A stretch of DNA of 64,000 nt from Calcarisporiella thermophila CBS 279.70. Lineage: Eukaryota > Fungi > Calcarisporiellomycota. A program made the position numbers and the translations under genes. Of the stretch, positions 63,100 to 64,000 are shown piece by piece; within the stretch, counting starts at the first letter, position 1; each line of letters starts with the position of its first letter. The notes beneath the pieces are model-generated. The model did not search any database. It was not told where the DNA came from and was given only the letters and a program-made list of their open reading frames with translations. Location: assembly GCF_041956535.1 (NCBI RefSeq), contig NW_027192197.1, positions 631,829-695,828 on the forward strand. Reading direction: 5' to 3'.

Positions 63100-63724
63100 T
63101 ACTCAACTTTCCTGTAAACAAAAAGTAGGTGTAAATTTATGCATTAATAAGGTGGAGTATATATATGACTGAAAGGTTTCTCCGACAAGCTGAAACCTTA
63201 AAGCCTTTTTTTTCCGGGTATGAAGTGGAATTTAGCGGTAGTATTTCTAAATTTCGAAATAAAGGTTGCCGTGCAGATTTTGATATATTAGACCCGGGGT
63301 ATGCATGACAGAGCGACACCCTTAAAGAACCCAACGCTATATTGGAAAAGAAATAAACCTCCCTTTCAGTAATGGACGCAATATGAAAGGGAGGAATTAA
63401 AGAGAAACTATTCAAGCAAATAGTTTTTCCACGGCTTTGAAACAAATTAGTAATAAATACGAATGGTGAAAATGAGAGTCACAACACCTGTGATAGACAT
63501 ATTAGAATAGTAGTAATTATTTGTAATTTGGTCTATACGTCTGTTGATTCATTTCCCCCTCAATATAGAGCATTAGTCCGAGGAGGAGGGGAGTAGTCTC
63601 ATTAAAATGGAAACTGAATATATTACTGATGATAATCTTAGTAATGGAAGTAGATGATTTGAAATAATCGATTTATTGTGCCAGAAAAATGATTTGATAT
63701 CTTGGTTCAACATAGACGTCATTT

Positions 63725-64000
63725 TCATAGCCGAAGAATGAGCTGTCGTACTTGCTCCTTTTCATTCCGAGTTTTCTCTCGTGTAACCGGCGCTTCGTCT
63801 ATAGCTGCTTTCTCCGACTTCTCATCCATTTCCGCTGCTTCTGTTTTCGGGTCATTGTTCTCTGCTTTGTTCTCCGTCTCCGTGATGTTCACTTTCGCTT
63901 CATCTTCATCGCCCAAATTCTCATAATACTCTATTGAGAAAATGGGTAATTATTTTACTCGCAACATTTTACTTCAAGTTGCGTAACCTACCTATTAAAA
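63725..64000 (-). CDS. Probable 3' exon(s) of a gene extending beyond the window; acidic C-terminus
   Basis: E/K-rich open frame ending at TGA 63725, preceded by an intron-like AG acceptor; no ATG. Confidence 0.4.

Overview
Gene-dense eukaryotic DNA with many short (mostly about 55-95 bp) GT-AG introns. The gene set points to an early-diverging fungus (Mucoromycota-like; inferred, not proven). About 25 protein genes can be assembled by hand from exons, several of them missing or fragmented in the ORF track. Left to right: P2C-like P-type ATPase (partial), F-box/kelch, Utp8-like, Dsf2/Nif1-like Sel1 protein, TMEM170, a candidate 73-aa microprotein, dipeptidyl aminopeptidase, TALE homeobox, transportin, an Integrator subunit 10-like gene, NoxR, a FAM134/ARL6IP1-like reticulon-homology protein, mtHsp70, a damaged ZPR1, TPR-MYND, Tim23, 2H phosphoesterase, USP12/46, Chs4/Skt5-like, an intron-containing DinB-family gene, ankyrin protein, myosin light chain, Osh3 and an NT-C2 protein. 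The most striking structure lies just upstream of a tRNA-Val(CAC) gene. It is a same-orientation stack of four insertions (three poly(A)-tailed and bounded by target-site duplications (TSDs), two with recognisable L1-clade ORF2 sequence), each reconstructed as having landed about 73-91 bp upstream of the tRNA. This suggests a tRNA-gene-targeted LINE system like Dictyostelium TRE5. A 488-N assembly gap lies inside the stack. All family assignments come from motif recognition by eye; no database search was run.
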